NCBI GenBank assembly: GCA_048213135.1
Contig: PS015010.1
Coordinates: 744,001 to 808,000, forward strand
DNA length: 64,000 nucleotides
Direction: 5' to 3'
Source of the DNA: Reclinomonas americana ATCC 50394
Lineage: Eukaryota
Positions 50,860-60,748 of this stretch are shown piece by piece. Below the pieces are notes generated by a model. That model did no database searches, was not told where the DNA came from, and was given only the letters and a program-made list of their open reading frames with translations. Position numbers and translations under genes: made by a program. Within the stretch, counting starts at the first letter, position 1. Each line of letters begins with the position of its first letter.

Positions 50860-51772
50860 TGTTCTCCTTCGTGCATACGGTAATACCAAATACGATCTTC
50901 TTAAAAAATGCGTCGGACACTTCAACCTGTGTACGGCCGCCATAATCCCAGTAAATGAGGAGGATGCCCGTTTCGGAACGGGTAATCTTTTCCAGTATCA
51001 GGAAATGGGTGGGGATGGCCACGCTGACCTCGTTGTGGTTTTTTTTGTGCAGGAGCCGGTTGTTGATATAAAGGGCAACGGTTCCCGTCGTTATTTTTTC
51101 ACTTACATAAGTATAGAGATCGTCAATGCTTGGGCGTATGATATCGGCGCCGCGGGCATGGACCTTGTAATTCAGCAGTTTCCGCACCATGCGGTTGAAC
51201 TTCGCATAGTTAACGGATGCCCAGAAAGTATCTTCGTCACCCGGGTCGTAGTTGTGGTTGAAAATATTGACGTACCCTTTAAATTCATCGGCCAGCGTAA
51301 GGTAAAACAGTTGTTCAGCGGGACGTATGTCGAGTATGCCTTTGTAGCGCAGCCTGCCCGCCGCTTTTTTTATTGACGCGGAAGGATTAAAGGATACCCT
51401 GCCCAGTTTGGCCTTACCCTCCTGGTACAGTTCTACCAGGAAACGGGCATAGCCCAGCGGATCATCATGCAGGAAAAGATAGGACAGGGCGCCATAGCCG
51501 CAGAAGTTGGTACCCCTGCCGGGATACATGCTCAGCGGGTTCTCTATGTTGGTGCGGACGTTGGCCAGGAATTTATCGGGTTTAACATTGGGCCAGGAAG
51601 TACTCTGTGTAAGCCCGGCGAACTGGTCAAGATAGACGAGGGCCTCCTGCTGCGTACTGGTATGCAGGGTAAAACCGCCAGGCAATAAGGAGCCTGCCTG
51701 TGTCCGGGCGGGGAGGAAATTGCAGACCGCCGACCAGAAAATAAAAAGCCTGAAAACAATAGCCAGTTTCAA
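50852..51772 (-). CDS. Secreted hypothetical protein, possible papain-fold cysteine peptidase
   Basis: Signal peptide. NFCGYGAL ... PTHFLIL ... IYWDYG gives a Cys-His-Asp order. Confidence 0.7.
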   Translation of the reverse strand: MKLAIVFRLFIFWSAVCNFLPARTQAGSLLPGGFTLHTSTQQEALVYLDQFAGLTQSTSWPNVKPDKFLANVRTNIENPLSMYPGRGTNFCGYGALSYLFLHDDPLGYARFLVELYQEGKAKLGRVSFNPSASIKKAAGRLRYKGILDIRPAEQLFYLTLADEFKGYVNIFNHNYDPGDEDTFWASVNYAKFNRMVRKLLNYKVHARGADIIRPSIDDLYTYVSEKITTGTVALYINNRLLHKKNHNEVSVAIPTHFLILEKITRSETGILLIYWDYGGRTQVEVSDAFFKKIVFGITVCTKENND

Positions 51773-52011
51773 AATACCTGATTTAACGATGAAGGTAATA
51801 AAAATGACGAATAGCCCGTAAATCCGTGAGAATAAGTGTGTTTGGAACTTTTTAACATTAGGTTAATTTATCCTCTTTTCACTGGCTATCAGCCACCGAT
51901 CCGGCAAAAACCCTACCAAAATAGTAGAGAAATTTTAAAATGACGCTTTTCAATGTTTAAACATTGTATATTTGCCGTATACAATTTATCTTTAACACTT
52001 ATTGTCCTGGT

Positions 52012-52467
52012 ATGGCAAAGAAAATGAAACCCCTTTACCGCTACCTGCTTATAGGCGGCGGCGTACTCTTCCTGGCGGGCGCTGTTACGGCCTGGTGGAT
52101 ACTGACCGATAAATTCGCGGATACCACCACGCGTAAACCGCACTTTACCGTACAGGCGCAGGACTTTATCAATGAATTCCAGAAAGACCTGAAAGCGGCC
52201 AATGCGAAGTATACCGAGAAGATCGTTGTTGTAAACGGTGTGGTATCGGAACTGGAATCGGCCGATACCACCATTAATGTGAAGATTGCCGATACAGCCA
52301 CAGGCTCCTACGCCATCTTCGCTTTCCAGGAACAGCACCTGGCGGAAGCCAAACAGTTGAAGGAAGGAGACCAGGTATCCATTAAGGGGTCTTGCAGCGG
52401 CGGAGCTTACAGTTCTATACTGGAGGCTTACTTTATCACCTTTAAGCGCTGCGCCCTGAACAAATAA
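52012..52467 (+). CDS. OB-fold (tRNA_anti-like) membrane-anchored protein
   Basis: N-terminal TM segment, ANAKYTEKIVVVNGVV and LKEGDQVSIKGSC. A -7 box lies at 51967. Confidence 0.8.
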   Translation: MAKKMKPLYRYLLIGGGVLFLAGAVTAWWILTDKFADTTTRKPHFTVQAQDFINEFQKDLKAANAKYTEKIVVVNGVVSELESADTTINVKIADTATGSYAIFAFQEQHLAEAKQLKEGDQVSIKGSCSGGAYSSILEAYFITFKRCALNK

Positions 52468-52501
52468 TTCCATCGTCATCAATCAAACAAAATCAACAAT
52501 A

Positions 52502-53044
52502 ATGAAAAAAGCATCTTTATTCCTGGCACTGGCCTTTGCATCCGGCGCCATATTCGCCCAAAAGAAAACAACCACTTCCGGTACCATCGCTTTCGACGCT
52601 ACCACCAGCCTCGACCAGTTCCCTAAAGCGGAGAACAAAACAGCTGTGGCCGCACTTGACACTAAGAAAGGCACAGTAGCTTTCGAAGCCATCATCAAGA
52701 ATTTCGCTTTTTCCAATCCCAAGATACAGGAGCATTTCAACGGGGAAGGCTGGATGAATTCAGAAAAATTTCCTACGGCTACTTTCAAGGGCAATATCAC
52801 CAACCTGTCGGCTGTTGACTTTAAAAAAGATGGTACTTACACTGCCGATGTTGCAGGTGACCTCACCATCCATGGTGTAACCAAACCGGTTAAAACAACC
52901 GCTACCATTACTGTTGCAGGTAAAAGCATCAGCACCAAATCTGATTTTTCCATTAAACTGGAAGATTACAATGTAAGCGGACCCGCTATTGGCGCTGGTA
53001 AAGTGGCCAAAGAACCTAAGATATCTGTAAGTGCAGCTTTCTAA
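52502..53044 (+). CDS. YceI family protein
   Basis: Signal peptide, QEHFN...SEKFPTATFKG and GDLTIHGVTK motifs. Confidence 0.9.
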   Translation: MKKASLFLALAFASGAIFAQKKTTTSGTIAFDATTSLDQFPKAENKTAVAALDTKKGTVAFEAIIKNFAFSNPKIQEHFNGEGWMNSEKFPTATFKGNITNLSAVDFKKDGTYTADVAGDLTIHGVTKPVKTTATITVAGKSISTKSDFSIKLEDYNVSGPAIGAGKVAKEPKISVSAAF

Positions 53045-53062
53045 GCCGCTCCAGGATACAAT

Positions 53063-53100
53063 AAATAAAAAACGCCCCTTTACCTGGGGCGTTTTTATTT
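53063..53100. terminator. Bidirectional terminator
   Basis: AAAAACGCCCC...GGGGCGTTTTT. Confidence 0.85.
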
Positions 53101-53142
53101 AAAAAGTAAAAATTTAAAAGAAGCTAAGTAGCTGATGCACTT

Positions 53143-53913
53143 TTATCCGGGTGTGAATATCCTGCTGAGCAGTTCATACAGTTCAGGGTGTTTTTGCCGG
53201 AGCAGGTCGGGGCGCTCAAAAAAATATTCGCCTGCAACGGCCAGGAATTCGGCCTGGTTGGTAGCGCCGTAAGGGTTGATGTCAGACTGATCATCAACGA
53301 TCTCCTTTATCTGCCGGTGCATCATATTTACCCATGGCAAAACATAGGCTGACTGCAGGAATACTTCCGGAATGCCGTCGGTAGCGCCGTCGGATTTATC
53401 CACCAGGTGAATGAATTCGTGTATGGCGGTGTTGTTTTTGTCTGTTTTATTCGAAAATCCTTCCCGCAACGCATGACGGCTAAGTATCATCTGGTTCTGC
53501 ATGGCGCCTTCACCCACCATACCCAGGATAATCCTTTCGTTATTGCCTCCCTGTTCAAATTCGTGGTTGAAGGAATCCGGGTAAACCAGTACTTCATTCA
53601 GGTTGCGGTATTCCCAGCCCGGGAAAGCGAAAATGGGGATAATAGCGCTGGCGGCTACAAATACCCGGTCTTCATCGGTCACTTCCGTCCGGATACCGGT
53701 AACGCGTACCCGCTCCAGGAAGCGGCTCATCCGGTTTTCAAATTCAATTTTCTTTCCTGCATCCAGTCTTTGATAGAACAATACGTTGTCTTCCAGTATA
53801 CGCCTGTATTCCGGCTGGAACCCCTGCGTGGGAAGCGGCATTTTTTTTCTCCGGGAACGGCTGAGCCACAGCAGCATGGCAATAAGCAGTATGGGAAAGA
53901 TGATGTAGGCCAT
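53143..53913 (-). CDS. Zinc-dependent peptidase, M90/MtfA family
   Basis: HEFIH, DGATDG.P and YGATNQAEFLAV..EYFFERP motifs. Confidence 0.9.
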   Translation of the reverse strand: MAYIIFPILLIAMLLWLSRSRRKKMPLPTQGFQPEYRRILEDNVLFYQRLDAGKKIEFENRMSRFLERVRVTGIRTEVTDEDRVFVAASAIIPIFAFPGWEYRNLNEVLVYPDSFNHEFEQGGNNERIILGMVGEGAMQNQMILSRHALREGFSNKTDKNNTAIHEFIHLVDKSDGATDGIPEVFLQSAYVLPWVNMMHRQIKEIVDDQSDINPYGATNQAEFLAVAGEYFFERPDLLRQKHPELYELLSRIFTPG

Positions 53914-54002
53914 TCCGGCAAAAATACCCAATCCGGGGTATATGGCAGGCAGGAGAAAAAATGATTTTTGTGTAACCTGATTAACTCCTAAAAAGTACTT
54001 AC

Positions 54003-54482
54003 ATGAAAAAGACCAGAACCATTTTATCTGCATTACTCATTTCAGCAACCTTATTCAGCTGTGGCAAGGGTGGCGACGAGGCTATCACCGGCGGCGGCAA
54101 CATGACGGCCAAAGTAGACGGCTCCGGTTACAGTGCAACACTGGCGGTACAGGCCACCTTATCGGGCACTTCGCCAAAAGTATTATCTGTAGCGGGTACC
54201 GGCAGCTCGGGCCAGATCAATATTACGCTAAGCAACTATACCGGGCCGGCCACGTATGTCCTGGGCAGCGGCGTATTTGATAATATCGCCACTTTTACAC
54301 TTACCGCAAGCCCTTTTACCTCCTATTCGGCATCAGGAGTACTGGGGTCAGGTACAGTAAAGATCACATCCGACAGCGGTGGTTATGTGGAAGGAACATT
54401 CAGTTTTTCGGGAAAGAACAATGCAGGCGGTACCATTACCACCAAAGATATTACTGAAGGAAATTTTAAGATAAAACTCTGA
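54003..54482 (+). CDS. Hypothetical beta-rich lipoprotein (DUF6252-like)
   Basis: Lipobox LFSC, MTAKVDG and EGTFSF...ITEGNF. Confidence 0.75.
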   Translation: MKKTRTILSALLISATLFSCGKGGDEAITGGGNMTAKVDGSGYSATLAVQATLSGTSPKVLSVAGTGSSGQINITLSNYTGPATYVLGSGVFDNIATFTLTASPFTSYSASGVLGSGTVKITSDSGGYVEGTFSFSGKNNAGGTITTKDITEGNFKIKL

Positions 54483-54514
54483 CCCGTAACCGTTACCCTT
54501 AAACTAACTGCACC

Positions 54515-54539
54515 AGCCGGGATACGTCCCGGCTTTTTT
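54515..54539 (+). terminator. Intrinsic terminator
   Basis: AGCCGGGA TACG TCCCGGCT followed by TTTTT. Confidence 0.85.
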
Positions 54540-54544
54540 ATTGG

Positions 54545-56764
54545 CTAACGGATAAGAAGAACCGTTCCTTTTTCTGAAAAGGCGAACCCGTTTTTAATGT
54601 AAGTAAAACTCCATACGTATACACCCGCAGGCTGTTTCTGTCCCTGGTAAGTTCCGCGCCAGTTCACGTTGTTGCCCCGGCTTTCGAAGACAGGCTGCCC
54701 GTAACGGTTGAATACCCGGAAATGTATATTTTCCAGGGCAGGGTTAAATACCGGTCTGAATGCATCATTGAGTCCGTCGCCGTTAGGTGTAAAGGCTTTG
54801 GGTACGTATACATCTTCGCATCCCCCGCCGAGCGGCAGCCCGATTTTTGTACTGATGGTATCCGTCTTGCATCCATCCCGGTTGTATATGGAGATAAGAT
54901 AAGTGCCGATGGCCAGCCCGCTTACAGTTTCCCCGCTGTTGTGCCGTATCCCGCCAATTTCGAACTGGTAAGGACCTTCGATGCCTGTCGTCGTCACTTT
55001 CAATTTTGCAGGCTGATCGCAGGAGGGATCGGTTTTGACGATGCTGGTATTGCCGGGCGTTACAGGAAATGGTTTCACTTCCGCGGTCCTCTCCCAGATG
55101 CAATAATTCCGGCTGGCGATCTTTATGGGATAAATGCCCGGGGCGAGATTGCTGTAGACAAAATTGGGAGAATAACCTTCATGATTAAAATCAACAAGGA
55201 ATGGGGTAGCTGGACCGGTGATGGTGAGTGCTACTTCGCCATTGTTGTTGAGACAGAACTGGTCTTTGACTGCAATATCAATACTGGGCTCATCATCGAT
55301 AAACTTACGGATGGTAATCAGGGTATCCATTTTACAGGTCGACAAACCTTCCCGGTAGCTTACACTGGCAAGGAAAACGCCTGCATCAAGTCCTGTTGCC
55401 ACTAAACCGGTTTGCAAAACATTATTGATATAGAATGATACGTTGGCTGCATTCGTACCGGGTGCCAGGGTAACAGTGATCTTGCCTGTTTTACTGTCGC
55501 AGCCCGTTGGTGTGCCTTCTACCGTTTTTACAAAAGTGGGATTATTGATAAAGGGCAGGTGAATGGTGGTATCGAAGCGGCAGCCTCTTGCATCCCTTAC
55601 CGAAAGCCGCCAGAAACCGCCGACCAGTCCATCAAAAATACCGCTGGAGTTTACCCAGTAATCATTCATAACGTACACCAACGGTCCGTAACCGGAATTG
55701 GCGGTTACCGTAATAACACCCAAGGGTACACCCGGCGCTTTACAGCCCATAGGTCTTACAGACGTGATCTGGATATCGGATAGCCCGTGCAATAGATTGA
55801 CCAGGCTGTCCTTTCGGCAGCCCAGTGCGTTCTCTATCGTTATGGTATGCGAACCTTCGGGTACATTCCCGAAAATGCCGGTACTATTGGTAATAGTATT
55901 ATCGAGTGTATAGGTAAGTCCAGCTGCAGGAGAGAACGCGTTTACCGTGATGCTGCCATTCGTTTCATTCAGGCAGGGTGGTTGTAAATTGATCGAATTG
56001 AATTTTACACCGCTCACCGTGCCGTTATCGGTAATGCTGCCTGCATCACGAACAACATAAGGTACCTGACAGGATATGCCAAGCACGGTCTTATTTTCAA
56101 GATCCAGTTCCACCAGGTCGGTATTGCTGCCATTGGGAGAAAGACCGTAGTAACGGTTCTGTTCACAACCATCGGGAATGGACAACAGGCCGGTAAAAGC
56201 AAAAGCGCCGGTGTTCATGTAAACGGTGCTGGCAGCAGGATCGGAAAGATTGATCTCGCAGATGCGGTTGTTGAGGGTGGAGAGCAATAATTTGTCTTTG
56301 TAAAAAATAAGGTCCCCGCCTGCTGGCTGGTTAATGCGGCCCAATATGGCTTCTTCATCCGTATAAGGGTTATACCGGTAAAGTTCTGTAGAGTTATGAT
56401 CTACAGCGTACAGCACGCCATTCTTATCCGCGGTAAGGGAATTGAGTGCGGAGCTGCCGTCGGGCGTATTGATGGCGAAAAACTTGACCCTTTTGCAGGA
56501 GCCGGGCACACCTGGTTTAAAGCTGTAAATGGTATTGTTCTCACCCACCATGTACAGGGTGTCTTTATGCAATGCAATACTGAAAATACGTTCGCTGAAT
56601 TCCTGGTTACAATAGTACCCGGCATCGGTGAAAGCACAACTTCCCGGCGGGCCAAACATCTGGTGCAGGCTGGTCGTGGTATTGAAATAAACGGTTTGGG
56701 CATGTAAGTTTTGCCATAGTAACATAACAAAAATCACAAGCGCCACTGGTAAAGGACGACGCAT
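54545..56764 (-). CDS. T9SS type-B (CHU_C / gliding-motility) CTD protein with SprB-like repeats
   Basis: C-terminal VPKAFTPNGDGLND.F...FNRYG...GVYVW...KGTVLLIR, with internal C...G.I.V...GC repeats. Confidence 0.88.
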   Translation of the reverse strand: MRRPLPVALVIFVMLLWQNLHAQTVYFNTTTSLHQMFGPPGSCAFTDAGYYCNQEFSERIFSIALHKDTLYMVGENNTIYSFKPGVPGSCKRVKFFAINTPDGSSALNSLTADKNGVLYAVDHNSTELYRYNPYTDEEAILGRINQPAGGDLIFYKDKLLLSTLNNRICEINLSDPAASTVYMNTGAFAFTGLLSIPDGCEQNRYYGLSPNGSNTDLVELDLENKTVLGISCQVPYVVRDAGSITDNGTVSGVKFNSINLQPPCLNETNGSITVNAFSPAAGLTYTLDNTITNSTGIFGNVPEGSHTITIENALGCRKDSLVNLLHGLSDIQITSVRPMGCKAPGVPLGVITVTANSGYGPLVYVMNDYWVNSSGIFDGLVGGFWRLSVRDARGCRFDTTIHLPFINNPTFVKTVEGTPTGCDSKTGKITVTLAPGTNAANVSFYINNVLQTGLVATGLDAGVFLASVSYREGLSTCKMDTLITIRKFIDDEPSIDIAVKDQFCLNNNGEVALTITGPATPFLVDFNHEGYSPNFVYSNLAPGIYPIKIASRNYCIWERTAEVKPFPVTPGNTSIVKTDPSCDQPAKLKVTTTGIEGPYQFEIGGIRHNSGETVSGLAIGTYLISIYNRDGCKTDTISTKIGLPLGGGCEDVYVPKAFTPNGDGLNDAFRPVFNPALENIHFRVFNRYGQPVFESRGNNVNWRGTYQGQKQPAGVYVWSFTYIKNGFAFSEKGTVLLIR

Positions 56765-56850
56765 AGACAGGCAGAGTTGTCTTAAATATACACTTTATTG
56801 CTGATGTATGAAAATCACAAGCCGTCTGGTAGTGCTGCAATTTCATTTTT

Positions 56851-56918
56851 TGGTCATTCCAACGAAGGAGGAATCTCTTTCCAGTGGTGAGAGATACCTC
56901 GTTACCCCGGTATGACCA
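56851..56918. repeat. GTCATTCC...GGAATCT / AGATACC...ATGAC palindromic repeat element
   Basis: Imperfect inverted repeat TGGTCATTCCAACGAAGGAGGAATCTCT ... AGAGATACCTCGTTACCCCGGTATGACCA. Confidence 0.7.
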
Positions 56919-56975
56919 ATAAGGGGAATTCAAATTGGTGCATTACCGGCAACAATTCCATTGTTGTAACACAAC

Positions 56976-58709
56976 CTACCTGCTAACCTGCCCGCCTTTC
57001 CTGCTGTCCACACTAATGCTGTATTTGGAGTTGCCCTGTATGATCCAGCGCACAGTAACATAACCCAGCCCGGGAATATTTTTCACGGCAATGCTGGATG
57101 GATTGTTTTTTTGTTCGGTGCTGATATTGAGATCAGGATTATCTACGATCATACCTGCCAGCACTTTGGCGCCGGAGATGCTGATGTAATCGGGGCGTTC
57201 AATTTTATATTTCAGGTCCTGGCTGCTGTGCGTGGGCATCAGCCTGCTGTTGGAGATCACGGCAGTCACCTGTTTCAGGCCGTCACCAAGGTCTTTTTCC
57301 ATTACGGTGTCTACATTCAGTTTGGGTGTATGATAGCAATGGTAGATGGTGAAGGCCATATTGCGGTGGGCATCGCTTTCGAGCAGGAACCCGGGATGCG
57401 CCCTGCTGAAGTTTTTCTTAAAACCGCCGATCTCTATTTTACCGTACTGCGGATGATCGTACTCGTGCCAGTCAACGAAGGCGTCCTTAAACAGCAGGTA
57501 ACGGTCAAACTGGAAAGAACTGTTGTCCTGCGGATCGCGTGTGGCGTCCCTGTTGAACATGAGATAAGGTGTCCACAATTCATTGGAATACGTATATACA
57601 CCACGTCCGCCATAGAACCAGTCGAGTTCACCGCCATAAGCGGAGTAGAGGTCTTTGTACACTACCAGGTATTTATAACCGGGAATGAGTTCTTCTCCTT
57701 TTTTGGCGATCTGGTCATACACCTGAACGTCCTGCGCATTGTAAGTAACCAGGTCATTGGGATCGCCGGGGCCGCGGAGGATCATACCGCCGGCATTGTG
57801 GTAAGATTGCGCCGCGGCGATATTGGGATGCGCCATCACAAATTCCATTACAGCCCTGTTCTCAGGAAGCGAGAAGGGGTATTTATAAGCGCCGTTCTGT
57901 ATGTAGTTGGGCTGCCATCCCCAGCCCCAGTCGCGGTTAGGATCATATTGAAAAGTGTACCCGTCTTCGTTTACGAGACCGTCACCATCATTGTCTTTTC
58001 CTTCCTGCCCGAGTATTTCATAATCGCCTTTTTCGTCGGGGCCTACCTGTATCATACGCCTGCTGTCGGAAGGATCGACACGGTAACGGCCATTGGGATT
58101 CTTCCTGCGCATGATGAGAATTTCGTTGTCGCCGTCAAGATCATCGTAACCATCTTCATCGGTAAGACCGTCGCGGTCATTGTCTACCGGCAATACACCT
58201 GACCTGGGTGAGTGAGCGGTATTGGGGGCGTGGAAATAACTGTCGCGGCCATCTGGGTTGATGGTGGGAACGATATAGAATACTTTATCGGCCAGCAGTT
58301 CCTGTATGAATTTAGTATCGCCGAAAGATTCGGTGAGGTACCAGGCGGTATACAAGGCGAATTCGCTGCCCTGCACTTCATTGCTGTGTATGTTGCCGTC
58401 TATGTACATGCCCGGCTTCTTAGCGGCGTCGCCTTTTTTGAAATCGGTAATGGTGAGGCACCAGATATCGCGGCCGTTGTAGGACTTGCCTATGGACTCC
58501 AGTTTGGCGAGTTGCGGCCAGGCTGCGGCGATCTTTTTACAGATGTCGGTAATGCCGGCGTGGTCATTGTACCGGTTCCAGCTGATGGTTACTTTGGGGT
58601 TTACCGGTGAGCCGCTGGCTTTGAAGAACTGGCCCTGTGTTTGGGCATTGATATTACCTGCACAGAACAGGGCGAACGCGGTGCATATATTCTTTATACT
58701 AAGTTTCAT
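56976..58709 (-). CDS. M14 zinc carboxypeptidase with DxDxDG insert
   Basis: GNIHSNE (HxxE), NPDG, DPNRDW, SYHN and NELW motifs. Confidence 0.9.
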   Translation of the reverse strand: MKLSIKNICTAFALFCAGNINAQTQGQFFKASGSPVNPKVTISWNRYNDHAGITDICKKIAAAWPQLAKLESIGKSYNGRDIWCLTITDFKKGDAAKKPGMYIDGNIHSNEVQGSEFALYTAWYLTESFGDTKFIQELLADKVFYIVPTINPDGRDSYFHAPNTAHSPRSGVLPVDNDRDGLTDEDGYDDLDGDNEILIMRRKNPNGRYRVDPSDSRRMIQVGPDEKGDYEILGQEGKDNDGDGLVNEDGYTFQYDPNRDWGWGWQPNYIQNGAYKYPFSLPENRAVMEFVMAHPNIAAAQSYHNAGGMILRGPGDPNDLVTYNAQDVQVYDQIAKKGEELIPGYKYLVVYKDLYSAYGGELDWFYGGRGVYTYSNELWTPYLMFNRDATRDPQDNSSFQFDRYLLFKDAFVDWHEYDHPQYGKIEIGGFKKNFSRAHPGFLLESDAHRNMAFTIYHCYHTPKLNVDTVMEKDLGDGLKQVTAVISNSRLMPTHSSQDLKYKIERPDYISISGAKVLAGMIVDNPDLNISTEQKNNPSSIAVKNIPGLGYVTVRWIIQGNSKYSISVDSRKGGQVSR

Positions 58710-58720
58710 GATGCCGGGTA

Positions 58721-60361
58721 TTAAAGGTTGAGGTCGATGGTTTTACTGCCGGTGGTAGGACTGCCTGCTTCTACAGTCAGTTTGCCGGTGCCTTTGATGA
58801 GCCAGGTGAGCTGCTGCGTGGCATAACCTTCCAGCGAGTTGAGCACCTGTATGCGTTTGCCGCTGATGACCGACTGGCCCGAAGCCATACCCAGCTTAAC
58901 ATTGATCCTCTTCACAAAATTGTTCCTTTCGCCGAGTTTGGTATGTGAAGCCAGCGCGCCGCGGTTAATAACGTCAACGGTTATACGCGTAAGACCGCTG
59001 CCGGTTTTTTCAGTTTTGATGTTGATGATGTCCAGCTCCGGCTGGTAACCTGCCAGCTTTACCAGGAACTGGCTGTTCTTTTTCACCAGGTCAGACACCA
59101 GCTGGTAAGGCGGTGTAGTCATAACAAAAGGAGAGATGCCACCCACTTCTACTTTTTGCCCGGGAAAGCCTGGATGATTGATGGTTTTCCATTCCGTGAA
59201 ACTGCCGGTAATATTTTGCTGGCCGGCCCAGCGCAGGTAATTGGCTGAAGCGTCTTCCTGGGTAAATGCTTTTTCGCTGCGGGCGCTGTCGGGTTTGGTT
59301 TTGGGTACCCACCAGCCGGGTGTGCTGAAGCTGTAACGGCCATAGTGATAGTAGCCCCATGACAGCAGATCGCCACCGGCAACACTGGTCTTTGGAGCGT
59401 CTTTCAAACCGGTCACTTTATTATAGAGTTCAGATACGAACGCGTTCACCTTGGTATCGGGCTCCAGCCAGCCGGCGATAAGGCTTTGCGTTGCGGCGGC
59501 GGAATTGAAAGTGTAAGGTGTACTGAGGTTGTTATTGCTGCCGAATGATACCACAGCATATACATTGAAACGGTCGAACAGCACATCGAGGAGGGCCCTG
59601 CTTTCTTTTTCCGATACCGGGAATTCGCCTGCGCCCGGTGTGAAAGACGGATGTTTATAGCTGAGGTTTTTATTGAAAGCCACGCCGCCGTCGCCGTCTT
59701 CGTTAAAGCTGCCGTCGTTATCATTGTCGGCGCCTTCGGGCAGCAGGATGTATTTTCCTTTTTCACCTTTGCTGATATCAGCTTTTACAAGAATCCTCGG
59801 ATCATCGGGGTGGGTTTTATAATCGCCTACGGGGCTTTCGATCCGCATCCAGGTGATCTTACCATTGCCGTCAAGATCATCGGGTCCGTCCTCATTGGAT
59901 TGCCCGTCGCGGTCGTCATCGGTAACGGTACTGTTGCCGGTGCGTTCGTACTGCAGTTTGGCGAAGTACTGTTCCATAGCGTCGGGGCTCATATTGGGGA
60001 AAATGTAGAACGTGGTTTTGCCGAGCAGGGTTTTGATGCTGTCGGTACCGGAACCCTGCAGCAGGTTCTCTGCAAAGCCAATGGCGAGTTCGGTACCCAG
60101 TATATGGTTGCCTTCCACACCGCCTATAACAGCGATGGCGGGCTTGCTCTCGGTGTTGCCGCTGCCGATGGTCAGTTGCCAGATGGCTTTACCACCGCCG
60201 GTGACAGCAATAGATTTGAGCTGCGCCAGCTGCGGATAGGTCTTGGCAATATTTTTTAAACGGTTGGTTTGTGCCGTGAAATCGCTGTAGCCGCTTTGCG
60301 CCCTTGACAGAAGGGGTGAAAACAACAGCAGCGTGGCAAGTTTTGGTAACAGGTGCGCCAT
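58721..60361 (-). CDS. M14 carboxypeptidase homolog, probably catalytically degenerate
   Basis: Same architecture as the neighbour, but GGVEGNH, SFGS and TPGW replace the Zn and catalytic motifs. Confidence 0.85.
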   Translation of the reverse strand: MAHLLPKLATLLLFSPLLSRAQSGYSDFTAQTNRLKNIAKTYPQLAQLKSIAVTGGGKAIWQLTIGSGNTESKPAIAVIGGVEGNHILGTELAIGFAENLLQGSGTDSIKTLLGKTTFYIFPNMSPDAMEQYFAKLQYERTGNSTVTDDDRDGQSNEDGPDDLDGNGKITWMRIESPVGDYKTHPDDPRILVKADISKGEKGKYILLPEGADNDNDGSFNEDGDGGVAFNKNLSYKHPSFTPGAGEFPVSEKESRALLDVLFDRFNVYAVVSFGSNNNLSTPYTFNSAAATQSLIAGWLEPDTKVNAFVSELYNKVTGLKDAPKTSVAGGDLLSWGYYHYGRYSFSTPGWWVPKTKPDSARSEKAFTQEDASANYLRWAGQQNITGSFTEWKTINHPGFPGQKVEVGGISPFVMTTPPYQLVSDLVKKNSQFLVKLAGYQPELDIINIKTEKTGSGLTRITVDVINRGALASHTKLGERNNFVKRINVKLGMASGQSVISGKRIQVLNSLEGYATQQLTWLIKGTGKLTVEAGSPTTGSKTIDLNL

Positions 60362-60421
60362 GAACGAATGTTTGCACTAAGATATGTTTTCGGCGACAAC
60401 ATGCAATAGGAAGGTGGCAGA

Positions 60422-60675
60422 GAATGATGAATGGCGGGCAACGGAATGAAAGAATGAAGGAAGGAAGAATGAAGGAATGGGGTTATGTCCCATCGGGACA
60501 TCTGGTGGGTAACAGTATGACGAGTGTTCCACGCCGGTGAGGTTTTGCGTGAGGGATAGCAGCGAAAAGCCCGGACGCCGAGGTACGAGGGGAGGACTTG
60601 CAGCGAATAGCCCGGCCCGCAGGGACACGCCGTAATAAAAATGAAAAAATGAAAGAATGAAAAAATGAAGGAATG
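60422..60675. repeat. AATGAARG 8-mer tracts (60422-60479, 60638-60675) and a small hairpin at 60485-60501
   Basis: GAATGAAA GAATGAAG ... AATGAAAA AATGAAAG AATGAAAA AATGAAGG, and ATGTCCC ATC GGGACAT. Confidence 0.7.
60546..60631 (-). ncRNA. Flavo-1-like structured RNA or repeat
   Basis: GGCGTGTCCCTGCGGGCCGGGCTATTCGCTGCAAGTCCT...GGGCTTTTCGCTGCTATCCCTCACGCA, with a GCGTG/CACGC closing stem. The match to Flavo-1 is from memory of the motif and was not searched. Confidence 0.6.
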
Positions 60676-60736
60676 GTGAAAATAAATGCTTTCTTGAAGT
60701 AAGGGCATTCGTAATTTGTAATTCGTAATTAGTAAT

Positions 60737-60744
60737 TACCTTTG
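60737..60744 (+). promoter_or_regulatory. -7 promoter box for prfB, 4 nt before the ATG
   Basis: TACCTTTG CGGC ATG. Confidence 0.65.
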
Positions 60745-60748
60745 CGGC

